Shown: positions 13,419 through 25,828 of the stretch, piece by piece | Layout: each line of letters opens with the position of its first letter | Numbering within the stretch: the stretch's first letter is position 1 | DNA from: Raillietiella orientalis | Taxonomy: Eukaryota | DNA: 64,000 nt | Assembly: GCA_036172245.1 (NCBI GenBank) | Contig: JAYWIR010000056.1 | Span: 372,001 to 436,000 of the forward strand | Reading direction: 5' to 3' | Notes under the pieces: generated by a model | The model's input: the letters and a program-made list of their open reading frames with translations, nothing else | Told to the model about the DNA's origin: nothing | The model's database searches: none | Position numbers and translations under genes: made by a program

Positions 13419-15478
13419 AAACGATCGAAGATCTGGATCGGGGGATGCGAGGGCAGCAAGATCTCATCGCTCTCACGGATGTCCGCAAAGGAGAAGTGGA
13501 GGAAGGGATAAACAAAAGGGAAAAAAAAAAGTTTTGTTTAAAGATATGTTGGGGAGAAGGGGAGGGATCACGGATTTCTTCCTGGCCTCCTCAGAAACCT
13601 CTGAAGGATGTTGGCAACTTCCTCCTTTTGTTGGCAGAGGTATGGTCATCTTTTCTCCTTCCTCACCAGAGTTCCAACGCGCCCTCCAGCGAGCAATACG
13701 GCTCTTGCCTTCTCACGGAGGCGCTGCACCACTATGAAGCAGGAGGGACGGAGTACTGTACACGTGAGACGCTAGAGTCTTCTCCAATGAGTCAGCAACC
13801 ATACCCACAATCTCCTTCAGTCGTGCAGCCGAGATCCCCTGCTTCCTGCCAACTCCAGTAACCTAAATAAACTCGTGCCTTTTGAGGACATCAGACCAAC
13901 ACAAAGCTACATCCTTCTTTCTTCAGTCTATCTCTTTCGGCAGGCCTAAATTTCACAGCAGCATGTGACGTCCCTGCCTTTCCTATTTTCGGAGCATGCC
14001 TCCGGCGCTAAGCAGCATGTATTGGCACCATCTCTGGAATCCAGATAACGCTGTTACACGGAGCAGAGCTCTCTCTCCGCCATCCGATTCTACGCATTCC
14101 GAGCATCGGGCACTCCCCTGTGCTTTTCTTATTTCCCGCTGGATGCTTAGCTTCAGGAAATGATGCTTCAGACAGTGCATGCAGACTCCTTCCTTTCCCC
14201 TCCTTTCTTCCTCTTCCTTTTCCTCATTGTCCTACCAAGACTTCCACCTCACTTCTCCTTTGCTCTTTGCAGGAAACCTCCTTTTTTCTTTTCTTTTTTT
14301 TTTTTTTACCTGTTTCTAGGTTTGTCCCTCCGCTCTCAAAGAGAGCCACAAAGCATCTATCCCTGTAAGTCCGAAGTGCTTAGTGAACCTTACGGCCAAT
14401 CTACGAGGGACTCCATCCGTGGACGGCTTCATTTCAACTATCCTCTCAAAACGAGACAAGTTGTGAAACGTCCATTCAATTGAAGCTCTGCAAAAAAGGC
14501 AGATGTCATCAGAGAAACATGGACTTTTCCATGCAACTGATCCCGACTTCCTTACAGAAGTCTTCATAACAGAAGTTCCTTACAGAAGGCTTCATTCTTC
14601 CGCAGCAGTGTTGCGAGTCCCATGCCGGTATGAATAAGGAGCTCCTTGACGGCACGAAACAAGACAACGAGAAAAAAAGTGTCAGTTAAGGAGGTACTGT
14701 TGCCCCCTTTTTCTTCTCCCTCAGTCTTAGGAAGAATAGAATGCAGAGATATTTTGTCTCCGATAGTAAAAGGAACCAGACTCACCCTACTATGCCTGTT
14801 GAAGAGGCCAGCTGAGGCTGCATCTTCAAGAGTCAACTGTCTTCCTAGCTGATCTGTACCAAGAAGCAGGATACGTAAACATCCGATGGTCTCAGAGCCA
14901 ATGGCTTCTCTTGAAGTCATTGCCAGTTTGGAAACTTCAGAAAGACTCTTCAGAATCCCCGGCAACGAAGAGCATTTTCCACTGCAGCAGCGAAGAAAAT
15001 TTTGGACAGTGACGTCGCTGTTCCAATCGAGGGACTTTGTGCTGCGATCGCTTCATCAGTCTGCTCCCATTGTATTACATTGATTCAGAAGTACCACAAC
15101 CAATATAATGTATATGCTACTTTTTGTATATTGAGTTTTCCTTACAAGAGACCCCTTCCTTGAGGAGCGGAAAAATCCAAGCAATGTAGCATTTCATGTT
15201 GTGGAACAATCAGGAATCCAGCAATCTTCACCATGTATCACTGTCTCTAGTTCACTTATCCGCAACACTTACATCCCTTGTTGCTCTCTACCGCTTGCTT
15301 GCTACTTTAAAGCCTGTCCGGAAGTTCCAGAGGGCATTCTCGGAATCTTAACCAAGTGTTGTGTGTAGTGCCTGGACGCACACTAGCCATCCCTGATCTT
15401 GGGACAGTTGACCCTCTTTAACAATCTTCTAGAGCTTGACCTCAAAGATTTGGTAGCCCTTTCTGAGGATGGCACACA
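13419..15478 (+). other. Unidentified candidate spliced transcript (putative exons about 13419-13496, 13595-13639, 14320-14364, 15390-15497)
   Basis: Exon 14320-14364 has a long T-rich acceptor and a GTAAGT donor. Other segments read ETIEDLDRGMRGQQDLIALTDVRKGE, KPLKDVGNFLLLLAE|gtatgg and QLTLFNNLLELDLKDLVALSEDG. No family recognised and no complete model built. Confidence 0.25.
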
Positions 15479-18400
15479 ATTCTCAGCCGGGACACAAGTG
15501 GAATGTCTCTTAGAATTGAAAAAAAAAAAAACACGGCCAACGTCAGGGAGAAAGATGGGAGAAAAGTATCTTATAGCCTGATGGTAAATGTGTTCCTGTT
15601 GAGCGGATTGGGAAGACGTTGGAAATACTGAAGATGCATGTATGCCTAGTAAGCAGGCATGCATATTTAGTATTCCCAACTGGAACCAGAGCTCCTGCAG
15701 CAAGAACCTTGGAAGTCCTCTGAGCCTCAGGAGGTGCCGGTGTAAGTCAGCATCCATAGCAAGCCTGAAGCAAACTCCCCAGGAATCGAGTGATAACGCT
15801 AGTGGCAATAGGAAGTCGCAACTCTTGCCCTAAACAAGAGGCGAGATCATCTGTTACGCTCCCAGGGACACGCCGCACGAGTTCTCGCCGCGGCCCATTT
15901 CTGCGTGAGTTTCAAGGAGATCTGAAAGAGGGAGTGTCGAAGGAAAGGACGAAACGACCCAACAGGGCGGAGGCAGCGGATGAGAAGGAGGTGTCCTCCC
16001 ACTCGACCTGCGAGGATTGTGGCAAAAGGATGACACAAAGGAATGGTCAGGATTCCACTGAGGGCGCACCCTGCAGGGAAATGGATCCTTTACTAAACTC
16101 TTTGCTACTGCAGTCTCCTCAACTACCTCTGTTGCTGAGAGGAACACTAGCAGTTGGATATGGACCGACTTGTTGCGACCTCAAGGCAAAAGCAGTAGAT
16201 GCTGTTGTCCGGTGGCTGCCTCTTCTGTTCCATGTCTGGACAGGAAGCAGCTCTTGCTTGTTGCACAGAAGGGGTGGCGTAAGAAGTTCCATCCCCCGGC
16301 TGCGGGGTCGAACTGCTTGCCATTCCCGACCGAAGATATTAATTATTCCTCCGAGGAAGCAGAGACCGGGGGAGATCTGACCGTGCTCAGAAAAGTCTCT
16401 CTTCAAATGAATACGAGGATACAATTGAGCCTCCAAAGGCCGAGAAAACCACAGCCAAGGAGGGATTAGGAAGGTGCTGGAGTTTAGAGGTCGACTGCCG
16501 CCACGAGCCTCCTACTTAGGAGTAGCAAGAACCAGCGGCGCTGATGTGATCGGGCAGCTTTGTTCCCAAGCAGCTTGATGCTGTAGAGTTGGAAAAAAAA
16601 CAAAAAAAAAACAGGAGGAAAGAACATCTCCCACACCATCTCCAACTGATGAAATCAAGAGTATCCCTTTGAGAGAAAGCAAAGAAGGGACATCACCTTA
16701 AGGCCTTGATCGGAAACGAAATGGTCAATGAGGAACTCCGACCGATGATGACCCTACATCGCTATCAAAGTCCATACTGAACAAAAAGAATGCCCAGCTA
16801 AGAAAGAAACCACCATTGTCACCCTCAGAGAAACAGCCAAATTGTCTGCCTATTCGATCCTTCGATCTCCTCGCCTTTCGGGGACAGCTCTTCCGTGCCA
16901 TCATTATTCACTCATTATTGTTATAATGAACGGTAATTATTGAGTATTTTTGCGCGCAGCCCCGGCCATATCTTTATTGGGAAATGTACCTGGGAAGATG
17001 TACAGTCGTGGATTCACTTCTTTGAATTCCAGATCCTCTGGGAACTCATCTCCGCCAACCCAGGGCTTCTTCTATTCTTGACTGTTGATATCTAGAGACT
17101 GAAAAATCTAGAGTTCTTCCCTAGTTATAGAGGGTTTCCCACTTCGGAGCTAAGAGACACCGGTCAATGAGACCAGATAAAGAGATGAAGGAGGACAGAA
17201 GTAGGAATAAAAAATCTTATCGCTTTAATCACAAAACAGAGGGCTCACCCGACATGGACAGAATATCTTTCGAGGTCCAGAATCCCTTTTAGCAGAAGCT
17301 CTGAATTTCCAGGGGACCAGAGTTGCTTTCAGACCCTGGGACGGTTGTAGATTTTACAAAGTCTTAGAAGTCTTAGTCGAGTCTCTCCTTACTTTGGAAG
17401 AGTCAGGAGTCGCATTTTTCAGTGTTTGCCAAACAAGCAGCTGAGGCGAACCACGATCCACAAGTCCACGGTGGTCCGGTTTCAAATAGAAGGGTTGGAG
17501 TCTCATACGATGAGAATTTTTCTGAACATGTATTTAATTATAAAGATTTTGAGTTCAACATAGTACATTAAATGTCGAAACTATGGGATGAATAATCGGA
17601 TATGGATAATAAAAAGCAGCGTCGACATTGAATAAGAGATAGAATGACGAGATAGAGCTTCATCGGTCTCCTAGACGTCAAAGAAAAAATCGCTAGGAAA
17701 GCAATGAAGCAAAAGCATTATGAAGCAGGCAAAGAGCAAATGATTTGCTGGGCACAGCCAGCAAAGTGCAATTTTTTTTCGCTAGTCTGCAGCTGATAAA
17801 CCGTTCCCATGTAAAGATAAACAAGAAACACCCGCAAAACCAAAACGATTTTTCCGGAAGAAGAATCAGGGAACTTTGGGAAAGAGGGGAAAGGATGCTC
17901 TCGAGAAAAATGGAGGTGGTAGTAGCAAGCAACGCAGGGTAAATTAGATTTCCTCTCTGGAACCTCTCTGAATTCGCCAGATCAATAAATCCTCTATCCA
18001 ATACATCCCCCTGTTCCAAACTATGGGCAAGAACGCTTGTGATTGAAGGTACGAATTGACACGAAGACATGGCTATCAGACAGATATCTTTGATGCTTTC
18101 AGCTTGTGAAATGAATAAAAACCTATCCCCGTGAAAATAAATCGAAACGAAGCTTGCATAGACAGACAAGCAATGGTCTAAAACATACATAGACATCAAT
18201 GATAGCACAGTGCTGAAAACATAAGATTTATAAACACTGTCAATCCTTTAGCCAAGCTGAACACGAAAACATTTTTAGAAGACAGTTATGCTTAGGTTAA
18301 ACTTTCATCTAAACAGCGAAAGATGTTTGCATTCAAATTGTCTGCGTGCGCATTAAAGCTTTCATGAGAAAAAGTTGTAAGCAAAAACGCATGTGAAGTT

Positions 18401-21400
18401 AAAGAAATTGATGGTGACTGAAGAATTGTTGATTAATAGAGAGTATTCTTGTAGAACTTCAAGTCCCAGAGAATGCAAGAATTCATGGATGTAAAATAAT
18501 TTTGTACTGTATGAACTAATAATATACACACAAATTAAGTACTGAGTGCAAGAAACTGGTACAAGAAATTCTCATTACTTGACAACCTTAATTCAATCTA
18601 CCAATATTGTGAAATTAAATTTCACTATTGTTTTTCCAAAAGTAACAATTTTTACAATCGTTTGGGTAGGTTAACAAAAACATTTATACTGACAGTGAAG
18701 ATTTAACCAACCTTATTATTCCTAGCTTTTCCTAGATTCAAAGGATTTCCTAGAATCACAATATTATTCGTTCTTAAAATCGGAAAATGAACACATTGGC
18801 TATATAAGACTGAAGCAGAAATAAGCATCAGAATTTATAGGAGACATTATGGAGGAGAGCATAGATTGTACAGAAAATATGAACAAGATATATGACAATC
18901 AAGCAGAGAGTGTGAAGAACACTGTTGCGTGGCAATTACCACATCTTGCAACATAGAAACTTGACGAAATCAAAGAATCTGTTCATGATTCAAAAGAAGA
19001 CCGAATAAAAAAACGAAAAAAAAACTGTTGACAATAAGTTTCATTTTTAAGGAAAATTCCCCGTATTCGAGAGGATTTCCATCTTTTCTCATGAACAAAC
19101 CTCACCATAATAAAACCGAATTGAGAAACAGGAGAAATTCAAGGCTACTAAACCAAGAAATGAAAAAAAATATATATGATAAAAATATCGTACTGATTAT
19201 GTTTTCATTTACTGCATTTTTATGGGTTCAAAGTGGGATTGCAGAGTCTAATGAGCAGAACGAAAAACATCAGTCCCCAGATTCTAGGAACGCATAAAGA
19301 AAAAGTTATCCGTTCATTCCTTAGGAACGGAATAAGCACTGGTTTAAGCTTTTTAGATAGGAATCATCTTCAGTTTGATGTAATAAAGGAATCAAACAAG
19401 CGATGATTACTAATGAGACAACTATTTCATTAATGTTAATATAATACTATGAAAATGATTATTTCCAATGTAATATTTGTAGAAAAATTATTATGCATCC
19501 TAAAACATTCATTCATTTCGAAAAGACATTTTTCCACAAACGAATCATTCAATCCTCATGCATCGGCATACATTTGGATCATCAAGTTGTCATTTACATT
19601 TTCATATGTTGAATTATTATTCATTATGTTTGGTTAGTTACTAATGTTAGGTCAGAACTCAAGGAATAACGCTGTAAGGTGGACGCAAAAACAAACCGCA
19701 TTGTTTTTTGGATGACTCCACTCACATTCCTCATACCACAAGAATTTGAATCAGGTGGAAAGTGCATATTGGGAATATTAGAATCAGAGCATGAAACATT
19801 ATCATAGATGTTTATTATGATAGCAGCACTGAAAGTTGCGTTGCTCAATAGGAGATACGGAAAGGAAAAAAGAAATTCGTTTTCTCTGTTTGTATATTGT
19901 AAACCATTTGTACATTGTTGATTGCACATTTAATGTCTGAGAAGTGAAACGGTTCTCTAATCTACAACTTAGTGTAATGCTGATATATTACAAAGAAGTG
20001 GCATTTACAAATAGATGAATGATTTCAACACAAACTGAATAAAACTTAAGTTTCAACTTGCATATGATATATACACTGAGCATTCCCAAATCCTAAACAT
20101 GAATTATTTCCGCTGGACTTTTAGCTGTCTTGCCTTCGTAACCTGATTCATTTAATTAGTTGGACGGTGATTAGTTTACCCAATAATTTGGTTTACAATA
20201 TACAGTCAAGAAAAACGAACTAAGTGCAAACTTAGGTTTTTCCTAAGAATGCATACAACCGTTCACATTTAAAATTAAGGGGAATCATTCTTTAGGACAT
20301 TGCCTATTCTTAGGTTTCTAAATGTATGTACATTATTCCCTGATATAAAAGAAACGAAATAAATAGTGCACAACCTACTTTTTTCATAGATCTCTCAAAT
20401 AATTCTGGCTTAAAGGATTTCTTAATGTAGTTTTCAATATCTTCTATTAAAAGAAGTAAAATCATCACGAAATTTTGAAAGTCCGAAGAAATCGATAAAT
20501 AATATTAGACAATCTAAGTTCCAGATGCTTTCTTGAGATGAGATAGCTCAATTGTTTGTATTGTATTATATGTTACTTCAGAATTGGCCGCCTCTAGAAC
20601 AAAAAAAATACTTTACAATTTTGAATTTTTCATTTCATTTTTTTCCTTTTTTCTTTCATTTCTAAACAGTGTGCATAACGGCTTGTAGAACCTAAGGTTT
20701 TAATCCATTACTTCCATCAGGTTTCTGAATAATAAAAATGATGAATTTGTACTCAAAGATTTGAACGATCCTATCTTTTTTGGTCTTATTGGAAAATATT
20801 CTTGTATATCTAATGCTAAGTGCTAAAAATTTTCAAATTTATTTACTTATTTGAAGCTTATAGAGTCACAAACTGTCAGACTTCAAGAACAGCTAAAAAA
20901 AATAAAACTGTATCTTCACCCAGTAGATTTGGAGAATGATCCATGAACTATCTTTGTGATTTCTATTGTAGTTCTTCTTCATTGAGATGATTTTTAAAAA
21001 CTAAAATCGCTCTCCAACATATTAAAAAAATTAATGATAAAATAAAATGTGAATATAAATGGAATTCTAAAATCTCACGTTGAATAAATGTTAACATTTA
21101 TAGAAATAATCGATATTTCACTATGTGAACTGCAGGTTCTTGCATTGGGTTATCTAATCATTGAAAGGAAATCTTTTTCGTTTTGAATACTATACATGAA
21201 AATTATAAAATAGTATTACATTTTAAAATGTAATATTGGTATATCTTATGAATTTGAGATATAATACAGAAGTGTTATAAATTCAAATTCCATTAAGCCG
21301 TAATTAATCAAAAGCTTGCCCATGCTGCTTGGTAACAGTTTTCCAAGTTTATCCTTGAAATCATGATGGTGACAATTCGCGAAAGACTTGTTTGGAATGC

Positions 21401-21446
21401 AATGAGAAATCCTTTATTTTTCTAAATGTAAATATAGAAAATCAGC

Positions 21447-22473
21447 ATGAATGAAGACCAGCAGTTCTGCCTGAAATGGAATAATTTCCAGTCGAATATT
21501 TTAAATTCATTTAAGGATCTTCATGAAGAAGAAGATTTCGTTGATGTTACAATATCATGTGAGGGTCGACAATTTAGATCGCATAAAATGATACTGTCCG
21601 CATGCAGTCCATACTTTCGTGAATTGCTAAAGGTACGAAGCATATGTTAATGTGTTTTTTAATGTTTTCGTAACTACTTAAAATGTGTTATCTAAATTGT
21701 GTTTGTTTTAAATCATGTGTGCGTTTTATCATCTGACATTTCTTTATGTTTCTAGGCAAACCCATGTTCTCATCCAATAATTATTATGAATAATGTCTCC
21801 TGTCTTCATATGGAAAAATTATTAACGTTTATTTACACAGGCCAAGTCAATATTACCCAAAATCAGTTATCCTCATTTTTGAAGACAGCAGAGATACTGA
21901 ACATAAAAGGTTTGGCAGATTCAAATCAAAAGGATGATAAAAAGGAGCAAGTGAGTCATTCATTCAGTATTGTTGCCATTCGAGACTTTTAATTACTAAC
22001 TAGAAACTTCATGGAAGATTTTTTTCACATACAAAATCGTCAATCATGGAGCATGATTCTTTGAAGTGTGTTAATGGTCGGAAGCAAGCATTATGTGGTA
22101 CTAACTCAACCTTATTGCATAATGTTGAGAAAAAGGGTGAAGACTGTAATCACCCAACAATAAAGAAAATGAGATCACAGTCATTTTCAAATAATGAAGA
22201 AGACCTTGAGAACAAATCAAATATAAATGCAATTCAACCTAAAATAGAGGTAGAAGAATTTGATGAAGGTGCATTAAGCAGAGATGAAGAAAAATACTTT
22301 GGAGATTCGGCTAATGATTTAAAAGGTATTCCTATTATTGCTTACATTTGCATTTCCTTGAATTTTTGCTGCAAAATGTGTAAAATTTCGGGTACACAAT
22401 TTTTTTTTACTTTTAGCTTCAATCCATGAAAATGACATGCTTTCAGAGGTCCAGATGCAGAAGAACCGTGTGG
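21447..22473 (+). CDS. Tramtrack/broad/lola-type BTB-ZF transcription factor, common exons 21447-21632, 21756-21950, 22004-22325, 22417-22473
   Basis: MNEDQQFCLKWNNFQSNI...FVDVTISCEGRQFRSHKMILSACSPYFRELLK|ANPCSHPIIIM...LLTFIYTGQVNITQNQLSSFLKTAEILNIKGLA is a canonical ttk-type BTB domain. GT-AG introns are phase-consistent. The last common exon ends in a phase-1 G|GTAAGT donor. Confidence 0.93.
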
Positions 22474-22571
22474 GTAAGTGTGTTGCTTATTTTGAGGCCT
22501 TTAATTTAGGATTTGAAACTTTTGTAAATATCGTGATTGCATAAAATGAGGCAATGTCTTTTATTTCCTAG

Positions 22572-22795
22572 TCCCAAGCAATTTTAACAAAAACAAACGG
22601 AATCTTTTTATGCAAGCTGTGATTCATCAGGAAGTATACTCTTCTAATCAGTTTCCAACTCAGTCCATTTGTTTACCCAGAACTAGAGCCATGAGCCCAG
22701 ATAGTTTGCCATGTGTTCCTAATCCTGAGGAATTAAATAAATCCTTGTGGAAGGCTTGCAGACGAACTATTCATAATCCTAAATTATTTGCCTGA
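22572..22795 (+). CDS. BTB gene alternative terminal exon A (no zinc finger)
   Basis: Acceptor ttttatttcctag. The phase-1 join gives an open frame (VPSNFNKNKRNLFMQAVIHQE...KLFA*). AATAAA at 22895-22900. Confidence 0.55.
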
Positions 22796-23182
22796 CCTGA
22801 TAATTACTGTTGCTCCCTGCCTTCATTGTCTAATCAAACTACATCTGATATTCAGAAAGTTGGAAGCAATTCTATACTTTTGTTCTCCTTGACCAATAAA
22901 CATTGTGTTTCCATGTTATTCTCTTTCTGCTTCATGTTGCTTATGTACTTTTGATAAATTTTCAAAGAATTTCGCTCTAAGGCTCCTTCTTTTACTGTAT
23001 TGCCAGTCAACAATTGCTCATGACAGCAGGTGATTTAAATCATCGAGAAAGATAAATTGTGTGTTCTGTTCTTGCTAGTATAGCATTGCTAGCTGTCTAG
23101 TACTCATCTGTTCTGAAATGAAAGATGCCATACACACTTAACATAGACCAATCCAATGTTCAGGGTCATGTCCGTCTTTCAG

Positions 23183-23667
23183 CTACATGGGACTGCCCTG
23201 CTTGTCAGACTCGAGTTGCCGGCCCTAAACAGGAGCATATAGAACGATATCATTCAACTACACAGTGCCCATTATGCCAAATCATCTGTCCTGTGGAAGA
23301 TATGAATTTTCATCTTAAATCACATATTGTTGGCAGCAATCTTCAGTGCCAGATCTGCCACTTGCAATCTTCCAGCACATGCAACTTCCTCCAGCATTTG
23401 GAAACACATGTGTCCCGACATTTTTTCTGTATAGCTTGTGATTATTGCACAGTGTCTCGGATTCTGTTTCGTCGTCATCAAATCTCTGTACATGGTGCAC
23501 AACGACTGAGAGAACGGAGCAACAAATATGCTTGTGCCAGTTCACCTTCTTTGCATGAAATGTTGGAACCTATTAAAACAATGCTTTTGAATGAAAAAAT
23601 TCAGGAATGTGCTGAAGGAGATAAATCCACAAGTGGTCACTTAGAACTTTATTCCGAAAAAGACTGA
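23183..23667 (+). CDS. BTB gene alternative terminal exon B, four C2H2-like fingers
   Basis: Phase-1 acceptor tccgtctttcag (alternative acceptor at 23147). Encodes CPACQ...HIERYH, CPLCQ...HLKSH, CQICH...HLETH and CIACD...HQISVH. Confidence 0.75.
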
Positions 23668-24297
23668 AAGCCCTCGAGTTGTGCATGTTAAAAGCAAATC
23701 CTTTGACATGTGGTGGCTGTAATTTGTATACTTCATGCCCATGGTGAGTGCAGGAAAGACAGTGGTGTGTTCTGTAATGCATATACAAGTGAATTACCAT
23801 TCTGGTTTCACAATAATTTCCTTGTCAGAATAGCATATGTATGTCTAAAAATCTTGTCTGGAGCAGCAGGTTGTTATATTTAAGGTCCTCCTTGAATCTC
23901 AGTATGCTTCAACCTAAATCTGGTCAGATGGAGATATTAATGAATCTCTTATCCTGGACTCCTATTTGCTGTTTATGCATTTTCTCCCTTACTAATGCCA
24001 TTTATGCTCAGAAGAATGGATTCCCAGTTAAAATATGCAAATTCCAAAAAAGAAACTTTTGGCACTGGGATTTGCATTGGCATTTTGATTGTTCCATTTT
24101 AATTGTACCAGAGCACAATTAATTAGTGTTGTATAGTGCTACTTGTGATCTGGGGAGGTAATCAGGGTTCCTTTTATGAGCAGTGGTGATAGGCAACTCC
24201 TGCTTGTTTGGATATATGCAACACAGCCTCATTTTATGTAACCTAATGTGCACCTGCACCAATGTGTGCATCAACTGGTTGTATATCTGCCTTTTAG

Positions 24298-24797
24298 ACG
24301 GTTACATCTATGACAACAATGAGAGTGGATACAACTCTAGACCCCACTGCCTGGATCCCCGCCCTTGTCCCGTGTGTGGTCGAATCTACAGCAACTTATC
24401 CAACCTACGCCAGCACATGCGAATCATCCACACCCCACAGACTTGCCAGTGTCCTCTGTGCTTGAAAAGTTTCAAGACAGAGCTCTACCTGCGAAGACAT
24501 CTGGTCAGTTTCCATGATGTGTCACGTTGCTATTTATCTATGAACACTGCACTTGGGAGCTTGATACCCAGTACTAGTTCTGAGATCACTGCTAACACAA
24601 AATTAGATATGAGTTTAACTAATCCTAGTGCTGAGCAAGATGCTTCTCTGCCACAATGGGATAAAGAAACAATTGTACAACATTCAGAGATTGCTTCTCA
24701 AAAATGGGATCCCTCCCAACCAATAAGTGAAGAATTGCAAAAAATCCCACTGATGAAGATACCTTGTTCTGTTAATTCTTCTTGTGAAACAGAATAA
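24298..24797 (+). CDS. BTB gene alternative terminal exon C, tandem C2H2 pair
   Basis: Phase-1 acceptor ctgccttttag. Encodes CPVCGRIYSNLSNLRQHMRIIH and CPLCLKSFKTELYLRRHLVSFH. AATAAA at 24793 and 24852. Confidence 0.85.
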
Positions 24798-24904
24798 ATA
24801 CTTGCTGAACTTTATTTGACAAAATTGGTGGCCTTGTCTGTGCAGTTGACAAATAAATTTTTTTTTCATTGTGCAACAATTTTGATGTTTACAAGAATTA
24901 ATGA

Positions 24905-25828
24905 CTAGTGGCATGCACTAGAAAGATATAAGCCAGGAAACCAGTACAGGATTGGCTGAACTTGTGCGTCTATCCAAGCAAATCCTTCTGCCACCAAATG
25001 ATCTAATGCAATTTGGCAGCGTTGTAATTCCCACTGGTGTTCTTTCTGTAGCTGAATAATACTAACACAACCACCATGTTTCCCAGCCTGAACATCAACA
25101 GTTTTGTTAAAACGAAATTTTAGCTTACTTGTTCAAGGATGCAAGCATGATCCATGTTAAGTTCCACAGGTATAGACTGTACTAGATTACCAGATGCTGT
25201 TTTTATCACAGTAAATCCATTTCCTAAGACTTTAAGTTTGCGAATTGCTTGCAGAATATCCTCACTAAGAGATGCTACAGCAACTATGTTGTGCTCTTCA
25301 CTTGACTTACTTGCTAATTTGCAGTCCAGGATCATGCTTCCGTGTTGACATTAATTGTGTTCTTAGTTCTTCTAAAGTCATAATACCACCAGTATTTGCT
25401 GCTAATGCTAAACATACTTCAACAACTTGCACACTTAAATCATAATAAAAGTCACCAACCCCTAGCAGTTCACTCCAGAATCCTGGAAAACAATTTGAAA
25501 ACAAGTTTTTATATGCTTAGTGTGCTACCTTTAGAAGATGCCAATGGATCTACACCAATAGATGCACACATTTTCTGGAACTGGCAACGAAATTGAGGAT
25601 CCTGGCGTATATCATTACGATACATTTTTGCAAATATCTGCAGCTTGGTCTTAAAGGTGTCTAACAGCTGAGTCATCTGTTACAATTATTCAATATACAA
25701 CACCATAGCTCTTTGTGAAAACAAACCTGCTCTAAAACATTCTCTTGAAGAGAAATTCCCTTACTTTTGAATTTTTCCTGCTCTTGCTTGTATTTGTGTA
25801 CTGCACCAACACCTAATCCACGCCGCAT
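24905..25828 (-). CDS. SNF8: ESCRT-II subunit SNF8/VPS22/EAP30 (246 aa), exons 25828-25727, 25676-25529, 25482-25311, 25264-25129, 25087-24905
   Basis: MRRGLGVGAV...[48 protein letters not shown]...EDILQAIRKLKVLGNGF...LVQSIPVELNMDH...LVAEGFAWIDAQ...YWFPGL. The four GT-AG introns (50, 46, 46, 41 nt) are phase-consistent. Confidence 0.96.

Noticed and set aside
17693..18208. 171-aa hydrophobic minus-strand ORF, possible receptor fragment
   Set aside because: Non-ATG start in the track, T-rich composition explains the hydrophobicity, and no receptor motif was recognised.
23573..24290. Antisense zinc-finger exons as in mod(mdg4) trans-splicing
   Set aside because: Minus-strand translation shows no C2H2 or FLYWCH spacing.
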